Notes: generated from the sequence alone by a model not told the origin. Counted from the stretch's first letter, positions 28,350-38,021 are shown. The stretch is 64,000 bases of DNA from an uncultured virus (IMG/VR IMGVR_UViG_2852342079_000003) (IMGVR_UViG_2852342079_000003); one strand, 5' to 3'. Made by a program: numbers and translations.

Positions 28350-28651
28350 CGGTCGCCGAGGCAATGTATGGCGGAATGAGTTCAAAAGAATCGACTGAGT
28401 TCGAGCGTGCTTTTGGCTTTCCGCCTGATATTGATGATGTTGAGGTGTGGCCTGATGTTTGGGATTCGTATCAAGTATTTTCAGCTATGAATACACAGTG
28501 GCGTGTAGGTATGAATGGTATCACAGGCTTGGATTACAACCCATTAAACCAAATAATGGACTTACTCAACATCAAAGATAGAGCGACCATTTTTAGCGAT
28601 ATCCGCATTATGGAGGCTAAGGCGTTAGAGGTGATGCATAAGAGACCATAG
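28343..28651 (+). CDS. Tail chaperone frameshift extension (gpT-like, DUF1799-like)
   Basis: -1 frame open from the slip site (LLTVAEAMYGG..); TQWRVGMNG.TGLDY. Confidence 0.8.
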   Translation, partial: LLTVAEAMYGGMSSKESTEFERAFGFPPDIDDVEVWPDVWDSYQVFSAMNTQWRVGMNGITGLDYNPLNQIMDLLNIKDRATIFSDIRIMEAKALEVMHKRP

Positions 28652-28679
28652 TCGCGCTTTTGTAAAGCAATAAACCTAT

Positions 28680-28913
28680 TTAAAGTTCTATTACGCTTAC
28701 TATCGCCACTCGTCTAGCATATTTATCAATTTTTCTAGCTTCAGAGCAGGCAACTTCAGTAAAGGTATTCAATATTTCCTCAATACCTTTTCCGGATTCT
28801 ATTTTTATAGCAGCGTTTCCTTTTAATAAGAATACATTTGTATTGTCGAATGCTTCATATACAAGTAGGTATTTTTTGGATGGCATTACAATGTCCTCAT
28901 TGAAGTGAGCCAT
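28680..28913 (-). CDS. Hypothetical protein (moron)
   Basis: ORF antisense to tail genes; GAGG RBS before internal ATG. Confidence 0.5.
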   Translation of the reverse strand: MAHFNEDIVMPSKKYLLVYEAFDNTNVFLLKGNAAIKIESGKGIEEILNTFTEVACSEARKIDKYARRVAIVSVIEL

Positions 28914-29038
28914 TATAGTATGACGTTAATGCATGACTGACAAATAAAATGCTAATCAGTGGTAAGCGCAGATTGGTGAGCAGAAAGAGAAAGTAGCCAA
29001 TTATCAGGCTTGAGATATTTTATAGTAAAGGTAGGAAT

Positions 29039-29410
29039 ATGAACAAAATCCTAAGGCAGTATCGACATATGAAGGTGCCTTTATTTGAATCTGGATATAT
29101 TATCTATTGTGGCTCTTGGGATGATTGGCGCTCTCTACATGAAAAACTAGGCATTGATGGTGGGGATAGTTTTGTTAACGGTGCAAGTCATACAGTTACT
29201 AACACTCAGTGTGTACTCCATATTATTGGTGTGTTTAACGGTAAATTATCTACTCTAGCTCACGAATGCGCACATATAGCGTTCGACATTTGTTACCGCG
29301 TCGGTGTGAGCGTTGAAACAGGAGCCGCGAATGAAACATTTTGTCATCTTATTAGTAGGATGGTGGATTTCTGTGTTAAACCCAAAAAAGCCGACGTAGG
29401 CCGGCTTTAA
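29039..29410 (+). CDS. Hypothetical protein with HEXXH motif
   Basis: LAHECAH followed by a downstream E (NETFC). Confidence 0.6.
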   Translation: MNKILRQYRHMKVPLFESGYIIYCGSWDDWRSLHEKLGIDGGDSFVNGASHTVTNTQCVLHIIGVFNGKLSTLAHECAHIAFDICYRVGVSVETGAANETFCHLISRMVDFCVKPKKADVGRL

Positions 29411-29423
29411 TTATTACAACAGG

Positions 29424-29606
29424 TTAAGGACGCTTACTGTTTGGTGTTCTTTTTTCAAGAACCCATGTGTTGCCTGATTGCGTTGTTGGTGGTAGCTTTT
29501 CGTTGTCTCTCACTGTGGCATAATTGTTTTTTAAACCGCCACGAGGTCCAACTTCTCGATAGATACCGCCATCTTTACCTGTGTTTTCACCGGGTTTTTT
29601 ACCCAT
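29424..29606 (-). CDS. YjzC-like small protein
   Basis: KPGE...GIYREVGPRGG.......LPPT...NTW; AGGAG RBS. Confidence 0.75.
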   Translation of the reverse strand: MGKKPGENTGKDGGIYREVGPRGGLKNNYATVRDNEKLPPTTQSGNTWVLEKRTPNSKRP

Positions 29607-29809
29607 AATAAAAACTCCTTGTAATGCTCGTTATTGAGCAGAACAAATATTAGACGTGAATTTAATTAAGTCAAATATCCGTACAAAGTAAATGGGGCTG
29701 CTACTAACCTGATGACGTTTGGTCCTTTATTGTTTTTTGAAAGTGCTAATCCCAGCCTTGTCCGAAGATAGCCGAACGGTGGATTTGAGCCGTTTTGTAG
29801 GTAGTGGTA

Positions 29810-29825
29810 CTGTGTTTAGATACAG
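29810..29825. promoter_or_regulatory. Putative LexA box
   Basis: TACTGTGTTTAGATACAGTT, close to the SOS consensus. Confidence 0.5.
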
Positions 29826-29996
29826 TTTAAATTTCCTCTAAATAGAGATTTATCTCTTGTGATAGATAGTGATACTCCTCTCGGAGGCACAAACTTTTAT
29901 TGAAGTTAACTAAATGTTGTTTTACGATAGCTCCAGTTATATTTAGCAATTTGATGTAACCATGAACTATAGTCTTCAACTAAGCGGAGGTGTCAT

Positions 29997-30200
29997 ATGA
30001 CAGCAACAATGCGCAGATATCTCATAGCTATGGGTAGCGTAATGGACTTAGCTCCTGCTACAAATTACAGAAGAATGGCAGCTCAAGGGCGAGACCAAGA
30101 CCGCCTAAAAAAAGATATCGAAGCCGTAGGGAAAGATATGAGCAAGGCTATTTCTCAACTTGTGAGTGAAAGTGATGAGTTCAGAGCAAGAACAAGATAA
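29997..30200 (+). CDS. Small hypothetical protein
   Basis: GGAGGT RBS, overlaps the next gene. Confidence 0.65.
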   Translation: MTATMRRYLIAMGSVMDLAPATNYRRMAAQGRDQDRLKKDIEAVGKDMSKAISQLVSESDEFRARTR

Positions 30201-30672
30201 GCATCACACGATAATGTCGGAAGAGGAATTAACAGGGGCGGTCGCTAAAATAGAAAGCGCAGTTGAAGAGAATCCAGCTGTTCTCGAGAGACTGTTGGAC
30301 CGCCCTAAAATAATGTCAGTTATCCAAAAACGTGAAATATTCCACGGACCTCTCCCACACCCAGATCACCTTAGGCAATACGAAGAAATTGTTCCTGGCA
30401 TGGCTGAGAGAATACTTTCTTTCACAGAGGCTGAGCAACGCTTCAGGCATGAAACACAAAAAGCTGCACTGAATGGCGCTATCAAAAAAGACAAAAGGGG
30501 GCAATGGATGGCTTACTCCTTGTCATTGCTTATTTTTTTGCTTGGTGGGTACCTTATGTGGAAAGGTGAGTATGGTGCAGGTGCGGGGCTAATAACTATG
30601 AATGTTATTGGACTTGCTGGCGTTTTTGTTTTTGGAAGAAAAGCAAAACAACCCACCCCTGATGATGAATAA
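30175..30672 (+). CDS. DUF2335-like membrane protein
   Basis: FHGPLPHP..L..YE.IVPG.AERI....E.EQ..RH plus two C-terminal TM segments. Confidence 0.8.
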   Translation: MSSEQEQDKHHTIMSEEELTGAVAKIESAVEENPAVLERLLDRPKIMSVIQKREIFHGPLPHPDHLRQYEEIVPGMAERILSFTEAEQRFRHETQKAALNGAIKKDKRGQWMAYSLSLLIFLLGGYLMWKGEYGAGAGLITMNVIGLAGVFVFGRKAKQPTPDDE

Positions 30673-30679
30673 CCAAACC

Positions 30680-30703
30680 AACCCACTCCGGTGGGTTTTT
30701 TAT
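30680..30703. terminator. Terminator between convergent genes
   Basis: AACCCAC-TCCG-GTGGGTT plus T run. Confidence 0.7.
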
Positions 30704-30931
30704 TGCCTGAATATCTCAAATTATTGATATTGTTTGATTGTTCTAACTTGAAATGACCGACCTACAAAATAATTGTAGGTAACTACAAAAGTTTTGTAGT
30801 TCAAATATTGAGCGACTCCTAAAGAGTTTTACAAAAAAGTTGTAAAACTTATCTTGTGTAATTTATTGATATAGTTTGATTATAGCGAATCGCGAGAATT
30901 GATAGCCCGTCCTTGGGCGTTACTACTATTG

Positions 30932-31768
30932 TTATGCAATTAACGGAGTATTTAAAATATCTCCGCTTTTCTCACCTTGCATAACTTGGGTGCGTAAGCG
31001 GAAGTTTTGCAGTAACTCAATAAGAGCATTAGAGTCACGTTGTAATTTTTGAATGTATTCAACACTGACAACGTTATGACCATCAACGCTAACTACTTGT
31101 TGCTTTCCATTTTTATAAGAAACCAACCATCTTCCCTCTTTGGGTATGGTTACAGTGATTGAGTTTTGATTTGGCTCAAAAAGTATATTTTCTTCCTGTT
31201 TAGGAATGTATTCACCCTCAAGAACGAACTTGTGAATATACTCAACCGCATCAGGTATCTGATCTGCTGTTAGCTCTTCAATGCTACTAACATTAAATTT
31301 CTGGTGAACAAGAGAATAGGCTTCTGGGTACATGATGCCTTTCTTGCTAACCAGTAGATTAACAGCATTCTTTAATGGGTTGCGTTCCTGAACAGTTGAT
31401 TTGTGTTTTTTCTTAACCTCACCAGTAGTCCAATATTCGTAAAGTACATCGTCACACTCTTCTTGATACTTGATTACTTTATCGCGGATCTCTGGTTTTA
31501 CCTTGTTAGGGCTGATAGTGTGAAGCCAGCCTGCAAGTTTACGGAGAGCTAGGCAAATCATATTGCGCTCCTTGCCGTCTGCGGCAACTATCACGATTTC
31601 CGTGATGGTTGATTTAAATCGTTGTTTTATCTTCTCAAATTGAGATTGCCAAGTTAATCCCATACCTTCGACGATAGGTTTCATCGGTACATATGGCTGA
31701 CCTTTATAATTCACAACATATAAATTGTTACCGTGGAAAGGTACATTGATAGTTGATATAGTATTCAT
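30932..31768 (-). CDS. P22 Ant-like antirepressor
   Basis: VPFHG..L..V....PYVPMKPIVEGMGL.W..Q, YQEECDDVLYEYWT. Confidence 0.9.
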   Translation of the reverse strand: MNTISTINVPFHGNNLYVVNYKGQPYVPMKPIVEGMGLTWQSQFEKIKQRFKSTITEIVIVAADGKERNMICLALRKLAGWLHTISPNKVKPEIRDKVIKYQEECDDVLYEYWTTGEVKKKHKSTVQERNPLKNAVNLLVSKKGIMYPEAYSLVHQKFNVSSIEELTADQIPDAVEYIHKFVLEGEYIPKQEENILFEPNQNSITVTIPKEGRWLVSYKNGKQQVVSVDGHNVVSVEYIQKLQRDSNALIELLQNFRLRTQVMQGEKSGDILNTPLIA

Positions 31769-31932
31769 GGTTCGTTTCCTAATTTTTCGAATCAAACTAG
31801 AAGCCCTGACTATTGCAAGTAGTTAGGGCTTCGCTATTTTACATGCTTAAAAGTCATAGACAGTCATCATTAATCATGTAAAATATATCTTATACTCAAA
31901 ACAACACTTGTCAATACTATTGATGACTAATT

Positions 31933-32322
31933 ATGATTAAAAATAACTCTATTGCAAAAAGACTAACTGAACTAAGGGCGCAAAAAGGCTTGTCACAAAG
32001 TGAGCTTGCCGAATTGTCAGGTGTGGCACCGGCTCAAATATCTAGATATGAATCAGGTATTAATGTGCCAAGAGCCCACATTATTGCCAAATTAGCGAAA
32101 GCTCTTGGTGTTCAGTATTCATTTCTAGAGAACGGATTTTCTATGGATGGTGAGAATCTTTTAACGCAAATGTCCATGAATAAAGACAATACTGCAACAA
32201 TATCACTTGAACTGGATAATGAGACCCTAGAGATTGCTAAAAAATCGGCAGAAATCAGAGGAATATCATTAGAAGATTATTTGAAGTGGCTTCTAGTGTA
32301 TGGGATAACAGGCCCTAAATAA
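31933..32322 (+). CDS. XRE HTH regulator divergent from the antirepressor
   Basis: GLSQSELAELSGVAPAQISRYESG; possible C-terminal ribbon-helix-helix-like segment. Confidence 0.8.
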   Translation: MIKNNSIAKRLTELRAQKGLSQSELAELSGVAPAQISRYESGINVPRAHIIAKLAKALGVQYSFLENGFSMDGENLLTQMSMNKDNTATISLELDNETLEIAKKSAEIRGISLEDYLKWLLVYGITGPK

Positions 32323-32474
32323 CGAACATTCTTGATAAATTAAAACAATAGGGTGGTTTAGTGGGTAATAAAAAAGATAGTGGAAATTTCCATCTTTGCT
32401 GTAAATAAGATCAGTAACACCTTGCTTAAAACAAATGGTTAAATGTATTCACATTTTACTAATAAGTGTTGCTC

Positions 32475-32876
32475 ATGAATACAGAAAGAATAGCTTTTTT
32501 ACACCCATATAATCCTAGTGATGATGAGTCTCCGTTACTGTCTTTTGATTGTGACGAAATACCTGTTGTGCTTGATTTCCATTTCAAGGTGTTCATGTTA
32601 GACCTTAAGGATGATGAGCCAATATCTCTTCAAAATAGGTTGTTTAGGATTGATGGTGAAAAAATAACTCCAATTTGTGATCCGAAATCGATATTAATTA
32701 AGGTAAAGGATACACAAGGGAAGCCTAATGAAGTAATGGCATCCATAAAACTCACCTTTGAAAAATGTAAATTTATAGAAGAAGGAACCTACTTTATTGA
32801 GTCATCATTTATAAAAAATGCAGAGATGATAAACAGCAATAGAGCTTATTTCAAAGTGAGTAAAACAAATGAATAA
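32475..32876 (+). CDS. Hypothetical beta-rich protein
   Basis: ORF overlapping next gene by 8 nt. Confidence 0.6.
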   Translation: MNTERIAFLHPYNPSDDESPLLSFDCDEIPVVLDFHFKVFMLDLKDDEPISLQNRLFRIDGEKITPICDPKSILIKVKDTQGKPNEVMASIKLTFEKCKFIEEGTYFIESSFIKNAEMINSNRAYFKVSKTNE

Positions 32877-33261
32877 TCAAGCCATTGACTCTAAGTTAAG
32901 TAGAAATAGGTTAAGAATAGTAAAGCCTAATGAAAGGGTTGAGGATTTTTGTACTACTATCTATGGTGGCAGTGGTGGAGGTGGAGATATGGAAGCTAGA
33001 ATTGCAAAACTAGAAGCAAATGTAGAAAGCATTCAGGCCACATTAACTGATATTAAATCAGACATGAAAACGTCTAAGGGTGATATAAGCACCTTAAAAT
33101 CTGACACTGCGGTAATTAAGTCTAATTATGCCACAAAGCAAGATATTGAAGGTGTAAAAACAGAAGTTCAAAAGGCAATATCAACACAAACTAAATGGCT
33201 TATGGCTACTATATTTATTGCCTTAGGTGCGGGAATTACCATAGCTAAATTACTTTTCTAA
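32869..33261 (+). CDS. Membrane-anchored coiled-coil protein (DUF1640-like architecture)
   Basis: Gly linker, heptads, ATKQDI neck-like motif, C-terminal TM. Confidence 0.65.
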   Translation: MNNQAIDSKLSRNRLRIVKPNERVEDFCTTIYGGSGGGGDMEARIAKLEANVESIQATLTDIKSDMKTSKGDISTLKSDTAVIKSNYATKQDIEGVKTEVQKAISTQTKWLMATIFIALGAGITIAKLLF

Positions 33262-33328
33262 TTTGCTCCCATTTGCGACTACACTCGGCTACCATTAAGA
33301 AAACTAAATAAAGAACTGAGAGGACGGG

Positions 33329-33562
33329 ATGAGACAACTATTATTAATTATTGTTATTTTAATAGCAGGATTTTTGATTTATGGCGCAATTATGTCATCT
33401 TCACCAGAAAGCAAAGAAAAATCAAAAGACCGAAATGCAATAAGTTATTGTTGGAAGGAGTATGATAAAAAATCTCTTTCTGACGAACAAAAACGATTTA
33501 TTGCTAGTTCATGTGAAAAGATGGAATCTGATTTTCGCTCTCGATATGGCGTGAATCCTTAG
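33329..33562 (+). CDS. Small membrane-anchored protein with two Cys (moron)
   Basis: N-terminal TM, GAGG RBS, own terminator. Confidence 0.65.
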   Translation: MRQLLLIIVILIAGFLIYGAIMSSSPESKEKSKDRNAISYCWKEYDKKSLSDEQKRFIASSCEKMESDFRSRYGVNP

Positions 33563-33687
33563 TTAAATAAATTAATAACATTATCAATAACCACCTTCGG
33601 GTGGTTTTTAATTATCTAACGTTTGCTTTGTTTTGCATTTACATCGAGCTATCATAAATGAATAAGTAAAAATTTAGTGAGGGCTAC

Positions 33688-34509
33688 ATGAAAGGTTTCG
33701 GATGGGTATTGCTTGTTATAGGTATTTTGGCAGCATTTGCCGCTTTTAACATGGATGTCAGTGTGGCAACTAGCTATGGAGGTAGGGTAAATAATTTCGG
33801 GCTGATGGCGCAAAGGCAGAATTATATTCTAATTAGCTGTTTTGTTATTTTTTGCGGGCTAATGATGGTCATATTTGGTGGTAGAAGAACAATTGAGTCA
33901 GGCCAAGTTAAATGTCCATTCTGTGCGGAATTCATAAGTAACGAAGCTATTAAGTGTAAGCATTGTGGTAGCGATTTATCAGAACATAAAAGATTACAGA
34001 AAGAAAAAGAGACTAACTTAAAAATAAAATTCAATGCCATTAATTATGATCAAACAGAACTGTACGATACTTCATCCGGAAAAGCTGTTCTAAATTATGA
34101 AAAATTGGCTAAACTTGTTCAGCGGATTAAATTTGAGGATGAAGATATTTCCGGTGAAGCACTGCTAGCTAGACAGAAGTTTAATATTGAAACAATTCAG
34201 TCACGTCTACCTAAAGAAATAAAAAAAGAGTTTAGAGACAAAGCGAGTCAATTAATATTAGATTCATTTATAAAATCAGACAAATTAGGGGAATTACATT
34301 ATAGATTTATTTCCATAGATAATGGAAATTATCGAATAAATAAGGATGAAATTAAGAAGTTTGCTGAACATTTAATTTCTAAGTTGCCTTATGGTCACGA
34401 TGTATTCACTGATTTTAACGATGAGATATCTAAGGCAATGAAATCTATACCTAGCGATGTTAGGGGAGATTTTATGAGCAATCTGCATCATTTTGTTTAT
34501 GGTAAATAA
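33688..34509 (+). CDS. Two-TM zinc-ribbon protein (moron)
   Basis: Two TM segments then CPFCAE.I...AIKCKHCGS. Confidence 0.75.
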   Translation: MKGFGWVLLVIGILAAFAAFNMDVSVATSYGGRVNNFGLMAQRQNYILISCFVIFCGLMMVIFGGRRTIESGQVKCPFCAEFISNEAIKCKHCGSDLSEHKRLQKEKETNLKIKFNAINYDQTELYDTSSGKAVLNYEKLAKLVQRIKFEDEDISGEALLARQKFNIETIQSRLPKEIKKEFRDKASQLILDSFIKSDKLGELHYRFISIDNGNYRINKDEIKKFAEHLISKLPYGHDVFTDFNDEISKAMKSIPSDVRGDFMSNLHHFVYGK

Positions 34510-34569
34510 TAGAGAACATTCACAAACAAGCCACCTTCGGGTGGTTTTTTTATATCTGGAGGAAATTAA

Positions 34570-37500
34570 ATGGCAGATATAGCAACAATATCATTAAAGG
34601 CTGATACGTCAGATCTAGAGCGTGGTACACAAAAGTTAAAGGAGTTCGGCGATACAGCAGAAAAAGTAAGTAGTTCTTCGCGAAATTTAAATGACCAGTT
34701 TAATAGAGGGGTTGATCATCAAAAGAGAGCAGCCGACGCGATAAAGAGGCAAAAGAAAGAACTTGATGACTTATTAAATTCAATAAATCCAACCAATAAA
34801 GCATTTGATGCGCTTGATAAAGCCACTCAAAAATTAATAGAGGCAAATAAAAAAGGGATATTACCAAAGGATCAGTTTGCAGACTATAACGCCATACTTG
34901 AGCAGACTAGAGATAAATTAACACGAGTTAATATGTCTCTTACGGCTGAAGGGCGGGCGCTATTAGCTCAAGAGGCGACAACAAATAGAGCCAAGCAAGC
35001 TGCTGATGATTTTTTAAATTCACTGAAAAATCAAACTGAAATTATAGGCAAAACGAGGACAGAGATTTTAGAGCTAAAAGCTGCTCAACTTGGTGTGTCG
35101 CAACAAGCTGCGCCGATGATCAATAAGCTAAAAGAGCAAGAAAAAGCCTTTATGAATGGCTCAATTACCATTGGTCAATATAAACAAGCAATGCGTCAAC
35201 TTCCCATGCAAATGACAGATATTGTTACGTCATTAGCATCAGGAATGCCAGTCTGGATGGTGATGATACAACAAGGGGGGCAAATAAAGGACTCATTTGG
35301 TGGTATTGGAAACTCGTTGAAGGCGCTTGCATCGATAATTACTCCAACAAAGATTGCTATTGCAACAGCAACAACTGCATCACTAGCCCTGGCTTACTCT
35401 GCTTATAAAGGATCTCAAGAATTTGCTGAGTTTAATAAGCAATTGATAATGACGGGACGTTACGCTGGCAAAACAGCCTATGAATTAAATCAATTATCTA
35501 AAACTTTAGTTGGGAACTGGATTACTCAGGGTGACATGGCCTCAGCTCTAACTAAAGTGGTGGGTAGTGGGCGTTTTCAAGGAGACCAGATTTTGTTGGT
35601 GGCAAGGGCTGCAGCACAAATGGAGCAATCCACCGGAAAATCAATAGATGAAACAATAAACCAATTTAAGAGGCTAAAGGATGATCCTGTAAATGCTATT
35701 TTAGAATTAGATAAAACATTGCATTTGTTGACTGCGTCTGAATACGAGCACATTAAGTCATTAGAAATAGCAGGAAAAACACAAGAAGCTTCTGAGTTTT
35801 CAATTAAAAAACTGTCAGAGGAAACTGATAGAAGAACTAGATCTATGAATCAAAATATAGGTTCATTAGAGAGAGCATGGAATGATGTTGCAACCGCAAT
35901 AAAGAATGCAGGAAATGCTTTAAAAAATATTGGTAAACCTCTTTCCGATGCGGAGGCGTTAGCTGAGATAAACGACAGAATAAAAGAATGGGAAAATGCT
36001 GGATTTTGGCATGGAACCAAAGAACAAAGAGAAAATATGATTCGCAACTTAAAGGAGCAACAAAAGATTTTAAGTTTCGTCGTATCTTCTCATGAAGGTT
36101 ATGAAAAAGCACAAAACAAATCCAAGGAGGCGGATGAAAAAAGAAAAGAATCAATTAGAGAATATAATAAATTATTAGAAGATACTGCAACTAACGCTCA
36201 AAAAAGAACAGCGGCCCTAAATAAGCTATGGGAGCAAGTTAGAAGAGACCCTGAATTTTGGACTGAAGATAAAAGGAAGTTAGCAGTACAAAATATAAAT
36301 AATAAATTTAAAGATAGAACATCTAAAACCCCAACCTACCGACCAGATTATGGTACTAGAGTAGACGAATCAGCAAATCAAGCCCTACTATCCCTGCAAG
36401 CACAATTGAAGGTGCTAAAAGAGCATAAAACAGTCAGTGATGTGATTAGCTCTGAGCGTAAAAAGCTGTGGGATATGGAGGCGAAAATATCAATCCTTGA
36501 GGAGGCTCAGAAAACAAGACAGTTAACCAAGGACGAAAAGGCGTTGCTTGCTAAAAAGGACTACATTCTTGCTTCTCAAGAAGCATTGGCCATAGCTGGT
36601 GATGATGTTGAGCTTCAAAAGCAAAAAAATAGAGAGCTAGACCAACAGAACAAATGGATGGACAACCTTAATGCAAAAATAAAAGCATTGAGGGAAGGAG
36701 CAGGGCTATCTAGCCGATTGCAACAAAGAGAAAGCGCATTAAATCAAGCTGACACTCCTGAAAAAAAGGACAAATTAAAGGAATGGTACGCTGAAGAAGA
36801 CGCTATTCGTGCTAACTGGGAGTTAGGCGTTAAGAAAGGCTTTGCTGAATTCCAAGATCAGGCAACAAACGTTTACGGTAACGTAGCTCAAATTAGTCAA
36901 TCAGCATTTCAGGGCATGAGTAACAGTCTCTCTGATTTTGTATTGACGGGCAAAGCTAATTTTGCTGACTTCACTCGCTCATTCTTAGAAATGACCACCA
37001 AGATGTTAATGCAGATGGCTATGCTAAATGCTATGAAAGCGGCATTTGGTGGTAGTGCGGTAGGTAATTTCTTTGGATTTGCAAGTGGTGGTTATACAGG
37101 CGATGGTGGAAAACATGATCCAGCGGGTGTAGTACATAAAGGCGAGTTCGTCTTTACCAAGGAAGCAACGCAACGATTAGGTATTGCCAACCTTTATCGA
37201 CTAATGGATGCAGGAAAGCGAGGTTATGCTTCAGGTGGTCATGTCGGTGGTTCAGCGCCAATATCGGTTACACAGCCAACAGCATTTATCGCTCGCAATC
37301 CTCAAATTGCTAGTGGTGGAAACGTACAGATTAATTTAGGAGATATTAATATTGAAAATGGACAACAGCAACAGCCGTCAAGTAATCAAGCCAATGCTTC
37401 ATCATTAAAGCGTGAATTCCAGCAAATGGTGGAAAGTGGGGTTAACAATTTACTTAGAAACCCAGCATCTGCATTATCAAGAACAATCAAAGGCAATTAA
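34570..37500 (+). CDS. Tail tape measure protein
   Basis: QQGGQIKDSFGG, helical body, GGYTGDGGK..PAGVVHKGEFV. Confidence 0.92.
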   Translation: MADIATISLKADTSDLERGTQKLKEFGDTAEKVSSSSRNLNDQFNRGVDHQKRAADAIKRQKKELDDLLNSINPTNKAFDALDKATQKLIEANKKGILPKDQFADYNAILEQTRDKLTRVNMSLTAEGRALLAQEATTNRAKQAADDFLNSLKNQTEIIGKTRTEILELKAAQLGVSQQAAPMINKLKEQEKAFMNGSITIGQYKQAMRQLPMQMTDIVTSLASGMPVWMVMIQQGGQIKDSFGGIGNSLKALASIITPTKIAIATATTASLALAYSAYKGSQEFAEFNKQLIMTGRYAGKTAYELNQLSKTLVGNWITQGDMASALTKVVGSGRFQGDQILLVARAAAQMEQSTGKSIDETINQFKRLKDDPVNAILELDKTLHLLTASEYEHIKSLEIAGKTQEASEFSIKKLSEETDRRTRSMNQNIGSLERAWNDVATAIKNAGNALKNIGKPLSDAEALAEINDRIKEWENAGFWHGTKEQRENMIRNLKEQQKILSFVVSSHEGYEKAQNKSKEADEKRKESIREYNKLLEDTATNAQKRTAALNKLWEQVRRDPEFWTEDKRKLAVQNINNKFKDRTSKTPTYRPDYGTRVDESANQALLSLQAQLKVLKEHKTVSDVISSERKKLWDMEAKISILEEAQKTRQLTKDEKALLAKKDYILASQEALAIAGDDVELQKQKNRELDQQNKWMDNLNAKIKALREGAGLSSRLQQRESALNQADTPEKKDKLKEWYAEEDAIRANWELGVKKGFAEFQDQATNVYGNVAQISQSAFQGMSNSLSDFVLTGKANFADFTRSFLEMTTKMLMQMAMLNAMKAAFGGSAVGNFFGFASGGYTGDGGKHDPAGVVHKGEFVFTKEATQRLGIANLYRLMDAGKRGYASGGHVGGSAPISVTQPTAFIARNPQIASGGNVQINLGDINIENGQQQQPSSNQANASSLKREFQQMVESGVNNLLRNPASALSRTIKGN

Positions 37501-37511
37501 GAGAGGTAGTT

Positions 37512-37802
37512 ATGAAAATCAAAGTAGAGTTCCCATTGTTATCAAACAAATTTTCAGGAGTGGAAATTACAGGGGATGTAAAAAGATATGGCATTGGGGC
37601 CATAAAAATAAGTGAAAAACCTATATTAACGTCAGAAATTACAGTAATGGAGATAGTGGGAAATAATACCCCAGATGAAGAACCAAAGTTACAATTTAAG
37701 TACACAGAGGATTATAACCCAAATGAAACATTTGCTTCATTTATGGGGAGAGCGGAAAAATATGCAAGAACCATGATAGATCGCATAAAGGCGGCACAGT
37801 AA
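37512..37802 (+). CDS. Hypothetical protein
   Basis: GAGG RBS after tape measure gene. Confidence 0.55.
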   Translation: MKIKVEFPLLSNKFSGVEITGDVKRYGIGAIKISEKPILTSEITVMEIVGNNTPDEEPKLQFKYTEDYNPNETFASFMGRAEKYARTMIDRIKAAQ

Positions 37803-37821
37803 CCGCCTTTATAATATGGTA

Positions 37822-38021
37822 CTAATTATGTAAATGTGACTGAATGATACCAAACGCCTCGATAGTTACAGGACTATCATGCGATACTCTATTTAATTTA
37901 CTAATAAGTTTTTTTTTTCAATATCAGACATATTCCTAATCATTACTTGAATTATATACTCTAAAGCAAGAGTACGTGTTTGAAGGGCCTCTATGTCTTT
38001 TGCCATTTCACTAACTAACAT
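37822..38021 (-). pseudogene. Small moron ORF interrupted at an A10 tract
   Basis: ATG at 38021 with GGAG RBS; frame stops just after A10 and an alternative frame continues to 37822. Confidence 0.45.

Noticed and set aside
29690..29820. Possible Dam methylase remnant (EPFVGSGTVF-like after removing one T)
   Set aside because: Needs a frameshift, is very short and overlaps the LexA-like box; not supportable without alignment
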